This document shows positions 48,549-61,047 of a DNA stretch of 64,000 nt, one piece after another. The first letter of the stretch is position 1, and every line of letters begins with the position of its first letter. This DNA is from Felis catus (taxonomy: Eukaryota): contig NC_058368.1 in assembly GCF_018350175.1 (NCBI RefSeq), positions 82,772,001-82,836,000 of the forward strand, given 5' to 3'. Below the pieces are notes generated by a model. That model saw nothing but the letters and a program-made list of their open reading frames with translations, made no database searches and was not told the origin of the DNA. The position numbers were made by a program, and so were the translations under genes.

Positions 48549-49322
48549 GTCAGCGCACATGTTTGGGACCTCCCATTCAGCATTCTGTGGGTTAGAGAGG
48601 GCATTCTGGAAATGTACAAATCAGCCTTGAATCTAACCTGCAAAGTGAATTTACTCCTTATAAAGAAATCAGAAACTAGAAATATAAATGTGGCATAGAA
48701 ACATCTAGAAACCATTCTTAAGAAAGAAGCAATCTTTTAAAAAATTGAAAAGTTGTCATAGATTTTATTATTTTTAGTATAAAGTAGTATGTATCATTTA
48801 GCCAAAATAGCCTGTACTTTGAGTTCTACACATTTGTAAGTGATCTGTTGGGATTCATATCACGTAGTATGTGAGCTATTGTTCGGGGGAAGGGAGGGCT
48901 CTCATTCCATTGTAACTCGGTGATACAGACACCTGTGCCATCTGTCCTGAAGATTCCCCGAAGTCTGTATTGTGTTATAGCCCCTGTGATAGAACTTAAC
49001 ACTGTATAAAATCTGACAGCTTTAAGAATTGCCCTTTTAGCAATGTGGCCACTGACTTTTTTCACAGTCTTTTGATGGATGTGCTCATGGTTTATAACCA
49101 CCGTGATTTAAGGGTTGCTGAGACAACGTAAGGGCATTATTTTGGGACAAGGATAACTTAGTTATGGCATCTAGGGTTTTTCTTTTCGCAGTCTGAGGCA
49201 GTTTTATTTTGAGATGACTCATTGGAACTTTCTGCAGTTATGTGTTCTACAGTATTTTTTAATGTTAGTGAAATTTTTAAACATTAATGTATTTTTGGCA
49301 CTATGCTTTGAACCACTTACTA

Positions 49323-49393
49323 AATAAAAATTTTAGTTGCTATGAATTTGAAGTCCAGTTGTACTTTTCCTACATCAAATTTTACATAATAAA
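49323..49393 (+). terminator. UPF3A candidate polyadenylation signals (AATAAA at 49323-49328 and 49388-49393)
   Basis: End of an AT-rich, repeat-free stretch about 0.8 kb after the stop. Confidence 0.6.
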
Positions 49394-49419
49394 ACATTGC
49401 TTTTTAAAATGTAGCTTTA

Positions 49420-49643
49420 GGGGCGCCTGGGTGGCTCAGTCGGTTAAGCATCTGACTTCAGCTCAGGTCATGATCTCACACTTCGTGGGTTTGAGTCCCA
49501 CGTCGGGCTGTGTGCCGACAGCTCAGAGCCTGGAGCCTGTTTCACATTCTGTGTCTCCTTCTCTCTCTGCCCCTCCCCACTCTCGTGCTCTCTCTCAAAA
49601 AATGAATAAACATTTAAAAAAAATTTTTTTTAAATAAATAAAT
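49420..49643 (+). mobile_element. CanSINE at the predicted UPF3A 3' end
   Basis: TSD AAAATGTAGCTTTAG at 49406-49420 and 49644-49658. Confidence 0.94.
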
Positions 49644-49869
49644 AAAATGTAGCTTTAGTTATCTGAGAATTTTGCTGGTTGTATCTATTCCTTTCTAGAT
49701 ATGAAACATTTATCAAAAAACTTAGAATACTCATTTATCATTAAAAATGTCTGTCAGACATATAGTCTATTCCATGGCATTGCTATGCCCTTGCTCTTGA
49801 CTCTGGAGCTCCAAGAATTTGGCGGGGGGAAGGGGCAAAGGACTTGCTGTGATTTAGTGAGGTCTATGT

Positions 49870-50082
49870 GACCTGGTGGGGTCAGCCCTGATGGAAAAAG
49901 GGTAGGTGGGTAGTAACTATTTAGATGTTGCAGGCTCTCTGGTCTCTGTTACAACTTGCAAACTCTGCCATTACGCAATACATAACAAATGGGCAGGGCT
50001 GTGTTCCAATAAGATTTTATTTATAAAGATACATAGCAGGCCATATTTGGCCTGTGGATCGTACTTTGCTGACTCCTACTTA
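49870..50082. mobile_element. MER58-like hAT-Charlie MITE
   Basis: ggctgtgttccaataagattttatttat...ggccatatttggcctgtggatcgtactttgctgactcct. Confidence 0.7.
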
Positions 50083-50189
50083 GACTTTGGATCACACTGG
50101 ATTTCCTGATCAGTGAGACACTGTGTCCTCACTGCTCACTTGGGCTTTGATCTGTAAACATAAGTACAGCTCAAAATAGAATAAGAATA

Positions 50190-51106
50190 AAGCCTTGAAC
50201 ACAAGACCTGAAACCATCAAATTTCTAGAAGGAAACACAGAGGGTTAGCTCCTTGATACCAGTCTTGGTGATAATTTTTTATATTTTGACACCAAAAGCA
50301 AAGGCAACAAAAGTAAAAATAAACAATGGAACCACATTGAACTGAAAAACTTCTTCACAGGAAAGGAACCTATCTATAAAATGAAGAGGCAGCCTATGGA
50401 GAAGAAGAAGATATCTTCAAACAACATACCTAATAAGGGGTTAATATCCAAAATATGGAAAGAATTCATAACAACTCAATAGCAAAAAAAACCAAATTAC
50501 CCAATTAAAAAAGAAAAAGGAGTGAAAGACCTGAATAGACATTTTTCCAAAGAAGACATCCAGATAGCCAACAGGTGCGTGAAAAGGTGCTCAGCATCAC
50601 TCATCACCAGGGAAATACAAATCAAAACCACAATGAGATACCACCTCACACCTGTCAGAGTGGGTAAAATAAAAAAGACAAGAGAGCAAGTCTTGGCAAG
50701 GATGTGAAGGAAAGGGAACCCTCATGCAGCGTTGGTCGGAATGCCAAATGTTAGAGCCACTATGGTTTGCCAGCGTGGAGGTTCCTCAAGAAATTAAAAA
50801 TAGAACTACCAAATGATCCATCAGTGCCACTGTGGGCATAGATCCAAAGGGAATTGGAAGCACTACCTTGAAGAGATATCTGTTCACATGGTTGTCACAG
50901 ATTATTCACAGTAGCCAAGGTGTGGAAATAGCCTTAGTGTCCACTATGGGTGAATGGATAAAAAAAAAATGAATATTATGCAGCCTTAAAAAAGGAAACC
51001 CTGCCATTTTCAACAACATGGATGAACTTGGAGAGCATTATACTAAGTGAAGTAAGCCAGACAGAAAAAGAAAAATACTGCCTGCTATCCCTTATATATG
51101 TACAGC

Positions 51107-51143
<37 letters not shown>

Positions 51144-51487
51144 AACTCATAGAAACAGAGTAAAATGGTGGCTGCCGGGGACTAGGGCATGAGGGGAATA
51201 GGGAGAGGTTAGTGAAGTTCTGTTATTCAGTTATAAGATTAATAGGTCAAGGGTCTAATGTATAACATAGTGACGATAGTTAATACTGTATTGTATAATT
51301 GGAACTTGCTAAGACAGAATTTTCTCACCAAAAAGAAGTAAATATGTGAGGTGCTATTTATTACTCAGTGTGAATCCTTTCATAATGTATGCATTTTACC
51401 AATCGGTATGTTGTATGCTTTAAATATATATTATAAATTTACTTGTCAATTATACCTCCATGCGGCTGGAAAATAAGTAAATAAAAA
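50190..51487 (+). mobile_element. L1 3' portion (ORF2 C-terminus, 3' UTR, A-rich tail)
   Basis: ORF 50522-50707 [13 protein letters not shown]...[17 protein letters not shown]. Confidence 0.92.
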
Positions 51488-51830
51488 GTAGCTACATCCT
51501 ATGAAAGATTCTTGAGATCTGTCCCCAGGGCTTCGCAGAAGTTACTTTGAGATTACTGATTTAAAACAATAATACATTTGTATAATGGACTACTTCGGTA
51601 TAAAACACTTCCATGTACACTCCCTAGTTTTGGCTTAGACTCATTTTTAAGATGGTTGGGCAGGACACGACACACATAATCTCCCTTTTACAAACTAAGA
51701 AACAGGTTTAGAGATGTCCAGCACTTGTTGCTGGCAAAGCCAAAAGCTGTTTTCATATTCGTAAAGTTTTTATTACTAATTACCCAGAAATAAGTTTTTG
51801 AGTTTATCACATGTCTAAGAAATGATAGAA

Positions 51831-52085
51831 GGGGCACCTGGGTGGCACAGTCGGTTAAGCATCCGACTTCAGCCAGGTCACGATCTCAAGGTCTGTGAGT
51901 TCGAGCCCCGCGTCAGGCTCTGGGCTGATGGCTCAGAGCCTGGAACCTGTTTCCGATTCTGTGTCTCCCTCTCTCTCTGCCCCTCCCCCGTTCATGCTCT
52001 GTCTCTCTCTGTCCCAAAAATAAACGTTGAAAAAAAATTTTTTTTTAAATAATAAAAAATAAAAAATAAATAAATAAAAAAAAAA
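51831..52085 (+). mobile_element. Young felid-type CanSINE
   Basis: TSD AAGAAATGATAGAA; long composite A tail. Confidence 0.95.
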
Positions 52086-52289
52086 AGAAATGATAGAAAT
52101 GTTAAAGAATATTCTTCACATGGGCATTGCCCCTGGGAGCCCGTATTGTGGGGAGGGCTCCCATGACCAAGGAGTGGGGTGCGGTTGGCCACCTGTTGGT
52201 TCACTTTCTAGTAATTCCTTTGCAAAACTTTCTTTATTCTGTTTCTCATTTTGGATTTGTTTTTGGTTTTATTCAGCTACCTAAGTATT

Positions 52290-52487
52290 GTATTTTTATT
52301 TTTATTTTTCAGAGAGAGCACGAGCAAGGGAGAAGGGCAGAGGGAGGGAGACAGTTAATCCCAAGCAGGCTCCATTCTAAGCACAGAGCCTGATGCAGGG
52401 CTCGATCCCACAACTCTGAGATCATGACCTGAGCGAAAATCAAGAGTTGGATGGTCAACCGACTGAGCACCGCCCCCCCAGGCGCCC
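52290..52487 (-). mobile_element. CanSINE
   Basis: TSD CAGCTACCTAA. Confidence 0.88.
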
Positions 52488-53330
52488 CACAGCTACCTAA
52501 TAATTTTAGTAATTATATTTAAACATGAACATAGCAAAGCAGAGCATTAACTATCAGTATTTTAATGGCTCTCAGTCTTGCTAGTAAATTAGAAACACCA
52601 ACTGACTGAAGTAATTCCTCAAATCTGACGTGAAATAGGTACCTTGAAGAATCTCACATACATCTTTGGAAATAGGTTTTCACTTGCTTGATAATAGTAT
52701 TACCAAGTAATTGTCTCCCACTTAATGAATCACATGACAGTGAAACACTTGGGGAGGGTGAGGTAGCTCACGGAGCAACAGGTTCTTTATTACAAGTCTT
52801 AGGAAGTCTAGTGGATCATGTGGCCCCAGGAACTAAGGAGAGGAGTGGTTATGGCTCAGCCGCAGTCGTGGCATGGAGAGGACCTCGGGTGGAGAAGGGC
52901 ATGAATTTCTTCACATTACGCCATGAGAAAGGATTTTTTATTTTCATCTGTATGAGTGAATTCTCATTTTTAAGTCTATTTTCTTAACTCTGATGAAAAG
53001 AGAGGTAATTATACTTTAGACAGATTTGTTTTCTGTTCTGTTCTTCCTGTCTTTAAAATTAAGAACATGTCAGAGATTAAAATGGAGAATTTAAATGGAT
53101 ATTTGATCTATTCAATCTGTGTTAATTACTACCAAAAAAAGAAAAAAAAAGAGTGAAAATAAGTTTATTTTCAGAACAGTGTTCAGAGTCAAGAGGGTGG
53201 TTTTTTTGTTTGTTTGTTTTTCCCCAAGCAAATTAGCCTGCTTAAATCCACCAGGTAATTTCTTCAACCCAGTCTCAGCTTTAGTAAGGTTTAATGATAG
53301 TCATTATATGAAAATTCAGTTTAAATCCTT

Positions 53331-53510
53331 TTAAAAGTTTGTCACTTCAGTCAAGTTTAGAAAAATGCTGTCTTCTCTGTGTGTTTCTGTTGGCCTGCAT
53401 TTTGGTGGAAAGCTTACAACTTCTTGTAAGTGTCTATCCTTCTTTGTGTCAAAAGCATGTTTGTCTTGTAACATGTTAAATTTCTCCCCAAGTTCTTCAC
53501 TGTTACACAT
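53331..53510 (-). pseudogene. FBXO36-like exon 4 equivalent: MCNSEELGEKFNMLQDK...VTNF*
   Basis: Acceptor tatttttttag|ATGTGT in phase 0. MCNSEELGEK matches the F-box end LCMSDKLWEQ with W>G; similarity fades after about 10 residues. Confidence 0.65.
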
Positions 53511-53762
53511 CTAAAAAAATAATTACATAAGTAACTTTGTATGACTAAAGGGATAAAAGGTAAGGCATCTTGGCCAATTTAAACACAAGCAGTCTACCCC
53601 ATAGAAGAATGGCATTTTTCAATGATAATAGCATTTTTAGTAGAATAAATTATTGTCATGATAGAAAAATCAAGGTGCCAAACTGAGAGCCGTGTGCCTA
53701 CATATAATTTTCCCAGTTATACATGCACGAAGTAGCCACTGCCTGCATCACTGGGACCATGC

Positions 53763-53961
53763 TTTTTTTTTTTTTAACGTTTATTTTTGAGAGCGTGAGT
53801 GGGGGAGGGGCAGAGAGAGAGAGGGAGACACAGAATCTGAAGCAGACTCCAGGCTCTGAGCTGTCAGCACAGAGCCTGACGCGGGGCTCGAACTCACGAA
53901 CCGCGAGATCGTGACCTGAGCCAAAGTTGTACGTGTAATTGACTAAGCCACCCAGGTGCCC
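53763..53961 (-). mobile_element. CanSINE
   Basis: TSD-like GGACCAT.CTTT. Confidence 0.9.
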
Positions 53962-54133
53962 AAGGACCATACTTTCCTGAACCAAAAAATGGAACAATCG
54001 ATTTGACAAAGGATTCTTGTGTCACTCGGGTGTGAGGGCCAATGTAGGAGATGCTGTTTGGGTACAAAACTGCTGGCGTTTCTTAGATGTCTTAACAGTG
54101 ATAGAAACCATGATATTCACATTCAAGCCTTAC

Positions 54134-54670
54134 TATGGACTAAACTTGATCTCCACAGGGTTCACATGTTGAAGTCTTAACTGCTTCCTCAGTGTGGCTA
54201 TATCTGGAGTAAAGAAGTAATCAGTGTTAAATGAGGTCATAAGTATGGGGGGCTCTGATCTGATAGGATTAGTGTCCTTGTAGGAGGAAACACCAAAAGG
54301 TGCCCACGTGTAAGTTAGGAATGCCTCACTAAGAACCAAAACAGCTAACACCTTGATCTTGAACTTCCAGCCTCTAGAACTGTGAGAAGTGTCTGTGGCT
54401 AAAGTGGCCCATCTGCAGTATTTTTTTTTTAATTTTAATGTTTATTCATTTTTGAGACAGAGACAGAGTGCAAGTGGGGGAGGGACAGAGAGAGAAGGAG
54501 ACACAGATTCTGAAGCAGGCTCCAGGCTCTGAGCTGTCAGCACAGAGCCCGACGTGGGGCTCAAACCCACAAACTGCCAGATCATGACCTGAGCCAAAGT
54601 TGGACGCTTAACCAACTGAGCTACCCAGGTGCCCCCCATCTATGGTATTTTGTTGTGGTGTCTGGAGCTA
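54134..54670 (+). mobile_element. MaLR (MLT1A/MST-like) LTR interrupted by a SINE
   Basis: ttaaatgaggtcataag, gattagtgtccttgta, cttgatcttgaacttccagcctctagaactgtgagaa. Confidence 0.8.
54421..54637 (-). mobile_element. CanSINE nested in the MaLR LTR
   Basis: Reverse-complement body. Confidence 0.9.
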
Positions 54671-55094
54671 TGAGAAAGGCCTGTCACTGGAAACCCAAGG
54701 GCTAAGAGTGTGCAGGGACATTAGGAAGGAAACCAGTGGTGGCTCCCCTCTCCTGGATCATTCCAACAAGATTTGGTCATTCCTGTGTTAGGAAGGAAAT
54801 TCCTCAGGCAAAATTGCCATATCAAAATATAAAATGGAAATATCCTCACACTCAGCATTTGAACTCCTAACACTGCACCCTACAGACAGACCTGCACATG
54901 TACAGACAGTAAGCATGCCAGCTGTCCCTATGCTCTGCCCACTGCTCCTCAGCAGCCATGGCAGAATACAGACATTGAAATGTCCACAGTGTGTCACAAA
55001 ATTACAAGTACGGGATGTGCTTTAAATAGTTCATAGATATACAGGATGTCTGTGCTAGAAAATGTCTGGAAAGATGTGTACCAACATGTAAGAA

Positions 55095-56275
55095 CACGGT
55101 CAATCAATCTGCAACAAAGGAAGCAAGAACACACAATGGGGACAGGATAGTCTCCTCAGTAAATGGTGCTGGGTCTGGACAGCTACGGGCAGAAGAATGA
55201 AGACGGATCACTTTTCTACACCACACACAAAAATAAACCCCAAATGGATTAAACACCTAACAGTGAGACCGGAAACTGTAAAACTCCTCAAAGAAAACAT
55301 AGGCCGTAATCTCATGGATTACTCAGCCTTAGCAACATATTTGTGGCTACCTCTCCTCAGGCAAGGGAAACAAAAGCAAAAAGAAACCATTGGGACTACA
55401 CCAAAAAGAAAATCTTTTGCACAGCAAAGGAAACCGCCAACAAAACAAAAAGGCAACCTACAGAATGGGAGAAGATATTTGTAAATGACATATTTGATAA
55501 GGGGTTAGTATCCAAAATATATAAAGATTATACAAATCATTACCGGAAAAAAAATAATCTGATTAATAAACAGGCAGAAGACCTGAATAGATATTTTCCC
55601 AAAGACACAGATGGTCAAAAGACACATGAAAAGGTGCACAACATCACTAATCATCAGGGAACTGCAAATTAAAACCACGATGAGAGATCACCTCATCCTG
55701 TTCAGAATGGCCAAGATCAAAGACTCAAGAGATAACAAGCGTGGGTAAGGATGTGGAGAAAAGGGAACGTCGTACACTGCTGGTGGCAGTGTATTGTGGA
55801 AAATGGTACAGAATTTCCTAAAAAAAAATGAAAAATGGGAATACCATATGATTCAGTAATTCCACTGCTGGGTATTTTCCCAAAGAAAATGAAAACACTA
55901 ATTTGGAAAGGTATATGCACCACTATGTTTATTGCAGGATTATTTACAATAGCCGAGATATGGAAGCAGCCCAGGTGTTCATGGATAGATGAATAAAGAT
56001 GTGGTTTGTATATACCATGGAATATTACTCTAGTCACAAAAAAAGTATGAGATCTTGTCATTTGTGACAACCCGGTTGGACATAGAGGGTGTTATTGTAA
56101 GTGAAATAAGACGGAAAAAAAGTAATACAAATGATTTCACTCCTATGTGGAATCTAAAAACACAAACAGAAACAGACTCATAAATACAGAGAACAAACTG
56201 GTGGTCGCCGGGGGCCGGGGGCGGGGGGTGGGGAGGATGGGCAAAATGGGTGAAGGGAGTTAGTAGGTACAAACA
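55095..56275 (+). mobile_element. Carnivore L1 3' portion inside an intron of the FBXO36-like relic
   Basis: ORFs 55197-55484 and 55343-55672 (TKINPKWIK, KRQPTEWEKIF). Confidence 0.92.
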
Positions 56276-56923
56276 CAAAACGTACTCAAGCTTTTAGGAA
56301 AAATACAGGAACTATTCCACAATTTAATAGCAATTGGAGGTAGGATTAAGTGATTTTTAGTTGTTTTCTAACTTTTAAACAATGATTATATACAAAGATA
56401 GATTTTCATTGCTTCTCATTCCTAAGGAATTCAAAATTTATTTATTACCAAATATCTACAGATGCCTGAAACAATATGTGTAAAATTAGGAATTTGAAAA
56501 GTAATTCTTTCCCCAGGGATCTTTGTTAATCTGCTGCCAAGTTTCTCATTGAAGGACACTGGTGAAAACCACACTTAGGAATTTCCATGCAATTTCTTTT
56601 TCTGTTTTTAGTATTTGCTTAAGTTCAATTAGAAACTGTATTAGTACTGTTTTTAACATTCTCTTTAATATGTGTGTTTTAACACCATTTACCTTGAAAT
56701 GCAGCATGATGCATTTCCTTTTGTTAGAATAGTTTTGCCTACAGTGCTCATTGACCTTATATTTTACAAAAGATCACTTTATCTTTCTTTCTTGGTGCTA
56801 CTTTTTCCTCTTGAGCATAACTTAACCAGTTTCTTAGGCTGTAAGTAAAACATATTTTATCATTGCCAAAATCCAGTGCGTCATTACATGAAGTTAAGGT
56901 TTTCTAAATCATGCCCTTTCTCT

Positions 56924-57141
56924 GGGGCGCCTGGGTGGCGCAGTCGGTTAAGCGTCCGACTTCAGCCAGGTCACGATCTCGTGCTCCTTGAGTTCGAGCC
57001 CTGCGTCGGGCTCTGGGCTGATGGCTCAGAGCCTGGAGCCTGTTTCCGATTCTGTGTCTCCCTCTCTCTCTGCCCCTCCCCCGTTCATGCTCTGTCTCTC
57101 TCTGTCCCAAAAATAAATAAATGTTGAAAAAAAAATTTTTT
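56924..57141 (+). mobile_element. Young felid-type CanSINE with 19-bp TSD TAAATCATGCCCTTTCTCT
   Basis: TSD at 56905-56923 and 57142-57160. Confidence 0.95.
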
Positions 57142-57252
57142 TAAATCATGCCCTTTCTCTTTGAAATTCTGTGTAATATTTACCAGTACAAAATACATGC
57201 ACACACACGTGTGTGTGTGTGTGTGTGTGTGTATAATATTTTAAGGCCTTAC

Positions 57253-57428
57253 CTTTTGGAATTTTTTGCAGGTTTTTGAGAGCTGCCCAATGTCATCCAA
57301 ATCAAGAAAAGAGAAGATCTGTAGCATTATGTTGTCAGGCATGTGAATTAACAAATCAAATTTTCCATGACGCAGATTCAAAGAATAATCCAATGATACT
57401 TCTTTCCCAAACACATTGTGCATCTGCC
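57253..57428 (-). pseudogene. FBXO36-like exon 3 equivalent, open F-box exon: (G)QMHNVFGKEVSLDYSLNLRHGKFDLLIHMPDNIMLQIFSFLDLDDIGQLSKTCKKFQK
   Basis: Acceptor tgatgtttag|GGCAG; donor AAG|gtaagg. F-box pattern (MPDNIMLQIFSFLDLDDI..L...CK.F); lies within ORF 57241-57423. Confidence 0.9.
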
Positions 57429-60400
57429 CTAAACATCAGTGAGAGAGAGAGACAGAGACGGGTAGACACAGGCAGAGACAGACCAGGTTATAATAGGCCA
57501 ACTCAGTCCCACACACTCTCAAAAAACATCACTTGATTTGAGGAGCACCTGTGCTTCTTCACAGAGGGTATACCTATCTTTGTAACAAAGCCATATTCCT
57601 ACTGAAAAGATGGGCATCATTAAGCAATTCCAGTGTCCCTCAAGTGAAGTAACAGCATCTCACATTTATGATGCTCTTTACTTGTAGTCTGACAACAGTC
57701 CTTTGAAGAGGCAGTGTAACCACTCTGGGAGGTTCCTGTATTCCTTCGTCACATTCTCTCCAAGCGCCTCTGTGGGGCAGGCACTTTTATAGGTGTCGGG
57801 CATAAGCAGTGAACACAGCAGACTAGTCCCTGCATCCTCAGGGCTCATACCCTTCCTTAAACATACAAGGAGCTGAAACCCCTAAAAGGTAGGGTCTTCC
57901 TTGAATCTTCCAGGTCATAAGTGCCAGAACCAGATTGTCTAGATCAGAAACCCTTCATCCGAAATCCATGTTGAGTGTTGATATCACACTGTTGCTCTAG
58001 TGGCCATCCATGGCCCCTAAATTAGTCTCCCTGATATTATGAATAAGCAAGATCATACTCTTTCTTTCTATGGAATGGTCTATATTAAATGTTTGTCAGA
58101 TCCTCAAAGGAACAACTTTTAAAAAGCTGTAAGTGTCATACATTAGGCTCTTTGTAACCCAGCACTAAATTGTTGTCACCATTATCTTGCCATAAACATA
58201 AAATGGAGTGATTCAATATTCTAGGCAAAAACTGTCACCTTAAGTGACAGATAATGATATGTATTTTCTCTCCATTGCCAAGTAGCCATGTGATTCCTGT
58301 CGCCTTCCTTCTTCCAAGCAGATCCCCCAGCAGCTTGCTTCCTTCTGACCAGGGCAGACCCCAGACGCGGCCAGTCTGCTCTGGGCCTGGGCCTGCTGGC
58401 TGTCACTGGTCAGGTGACGGGCACATGATGTCAGTGAGTGCAGGGAGGGAACAGGGCAGACCTAACTCTATCCTCCCGTATGTGGCCAAAGAGGCCCAAG
58501 GGTAGCCTTCACACAGAGCCAAAATGCAGAGGTGGGAAGACCCCGGGCTCCTGACCGCGGTGGTCAAACTGCCCACCTCCTGTGGGCTTCTGTTAGGTGA
58601 GGGGGGTGTCCCTTGTGTAAACAGTTTGAGTGACTATTTCTATTACTTGCACACAAATCTGACCCTGGACGAAAGGTTTTGTTTTGTTTTAATGTGTGAG
58701 AAAGCTTTCATTCACCCCAAGGAAATCCACTCTTTGTACAACAGTGTGATACCCCACCCCCAGCAGCTCCTAGAGGACTTGTCAGAAATGCACATTCTCA
58801 GGTGCTGCCTAAGAACTACTGATAATTTAGGTCTCAGCTCTTATCCTCAAGGTGGTTCTGAAGCCTTGAGAAACCCCAGCATACTGCCTATCAGACCCAG
58901 AGGCCCCAGCAGCACACAGCCATTACTTCCACTTACAAACGACTATGAAGAGAAACCCCAAAGGCTCGAGGTTCTAATGGACAACCAATTGATAGGTCGT
59001 AATGTGATAAAGCTGTGGTTCCTCTTGCAACTTTTGCAAATTAATCAAGAAATATTTAGAAAAATGTGAAGTCATCCAGGTTTTCCTAGAACCTAGCATT
59101 TCCACTTAATACACATTTCAGTAACCGTCTTGTGCTGCTTCTAAGATGTGAATTACAAGTTCTACCCTCTAGGAATAAGAGACATGACTGCATCTCCCCC
59201 TTCCACACCACAGACACAAACCCTCACCTGCCAAGGGCAGCTTTACAGCCTACACACTTTATTCCTTCAGTGACGACCCACTTGTCTGGGTGTGTATGCT
59301 GTGCCGGAGACAGATGCCACATGCTCATGTTACAAAGCATAGGACTTGTGCTGATAATGAGCTCTCTGTTTGCCAGGAAAATCCACACAAGTGGATGAAT
59401 AGACCACTACAGTTCACTGGCATAAGGACTGAAATAAAGTGTGGACAAGGAAATGTACCTTTTAATCAATCATCTTCTCCCCAAGTACACTGATCTATTT
59501 GGGGTCCCTGGCTCCTGGCAACAGGAAGCCAGAGCTTGACGTCATGATCCTGACTCAAGAGTGATGCAGAGGCAGGCACAATCAGGCCATCCAAGGCAGC
59601 AGCCTGTGGTGGTGGGGATAATGGCACCCAGTGGGAGGGCAGTGGTGCTTCCCCAGGGGCCCAGTACGTGCTCACTACACCGCACCCGGTCTGTTGGTTC
59701 TGAGCCTCAGCTCATTCTCCAGGCTTCAAGTTCATTCTCTGGGCTACTTGAGAGCCTTCAAATAATTTCCCTTCTCTGCTTAAGTCAACTAGGATTGGTT
59801 TCTGTTGCTTAAAACCAAGAACTCTAAAGGAAAACTGACAAACAGGGAGGGAGTTAGAGGCAAAAGTAACACAGGGAAAGCTGAAGGAAGAAGTTACACT
59901 GGCCTGAGCAGAAATACCATTAGTATCCAGCAAAAAGAATCTGGCAGCCCATACCCTGTGGTGGAAAGTGGCTAATCACCTGTGGTGACCTGGTATCAAC
60001 TATCTGTTGTGGATTTGTTCAGGTTTGCTCCATTGTGATCACCACGGAACAATGTGAAAGGCAAAAGCAATGCAAGATTGTAGTGTCGGGTGGTGATTTC
60101 TAACAGTCCTGAATTGCAATGTAAGCAGCAAACAAAATAACCTGAATTCTTAAAACATAAGCCCTGAGAGTTGCTATGCAAGGGGTAAAACAGGGTTGAA
60201 ATAGCCACATATGTGACAGTTGGTTCAGTAACACAGAAAGAGTGTCCTCTGAACCAGAATGGAGGTATTTAGGAGTCTTTGACAGGCTCACCAACACCCA
60301 GACCCACTGTTACTCCCATGGTGTCCCGTCCCCAAGGAAACAGATCTTATGTTTCTCCCCACACCACCACTGTTTTCAGACCGGAAGTAGCCAATAACAA

Positions 60401-60687
60401 AGTTGATACTGGAACAACTTGGCTTCCACACAAAAAGAACACAGCCCTTTAAGAATTCATGTCAGCCAAAATGAGGGGAACAAATGAAAGAATAGATTCT
60501 GAGTGCAGGAGTCTAGAGAAGAAAGAAAATGATACTAAGTTGGATTGAATTCATGGATAGTGTGTTGGTTTAAACGAAGGAGAAGTTCTAGGTGTTTGCT
60601 CGACTGGCTACTAGGGGCCTAAACTCAGTGGTGGCCAAGTGAAGTTGAGAGGCCAAAAATTCCCATCACATTTAAGGTGGACTCTGG

Positions 60688-61047
60688 AGTGGGCTGGAGG
60701 ATGGCCGCAAGAGATGTCCACATCCTAGTCTTTGGAGCCTGGGGAGAAAAAGGGTCTTTGTACACGTGATTAAATTCAGGATCTGAGAGGGGGAGGCAGG
60801 GAAAGATTTTACACCCAGGTATGCAGAGAAGGTGATGTGCAGATGCTGTTACGAGCCAAGGAAGCCCAGCCCCCACAAGTTGGAGGAGGCCAAGATCAGA
60901 CTGTCCCCCAGAGCCTCCAGTGGGAACAAGCCCTGCTTATACTGATGGTGGGTTCAGCCTCTAGAACTATAACAGAATAAATTTCTGTGCTTTTAAGCCA
61001 CTACACGTGTGGCCATTTGTCATGGCAGCCAGAGGCAACTAATACAG
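60688..61047 (+). mobile_element. MaLR (MLT1-like) LTR with flanking MLT-internal-like sequence (about 60440-61400)
   Basis: gatgtccacatcctagtc, agagcctccag, cagcctctagaact..aataaatttctgtgcttttaagccact..ggcaactaataca. Confidence 0.8.

Noticed and set aside
56693..56838. Minus-strand exon-like segment (ttacttacag| ... AAG|gtaaat) inside the FBXO36-like intron
   Set aside because: Stops in all three frames and no FBXO36 similarity; exon 3 joins the 53510 exon directly in phase.
58524..59069. 181-aa + strand ORF
   Set aside because: No recognisable homology, and it includes a MER5-like DNA-transposon remnant (about 58780-58880); likely chance.
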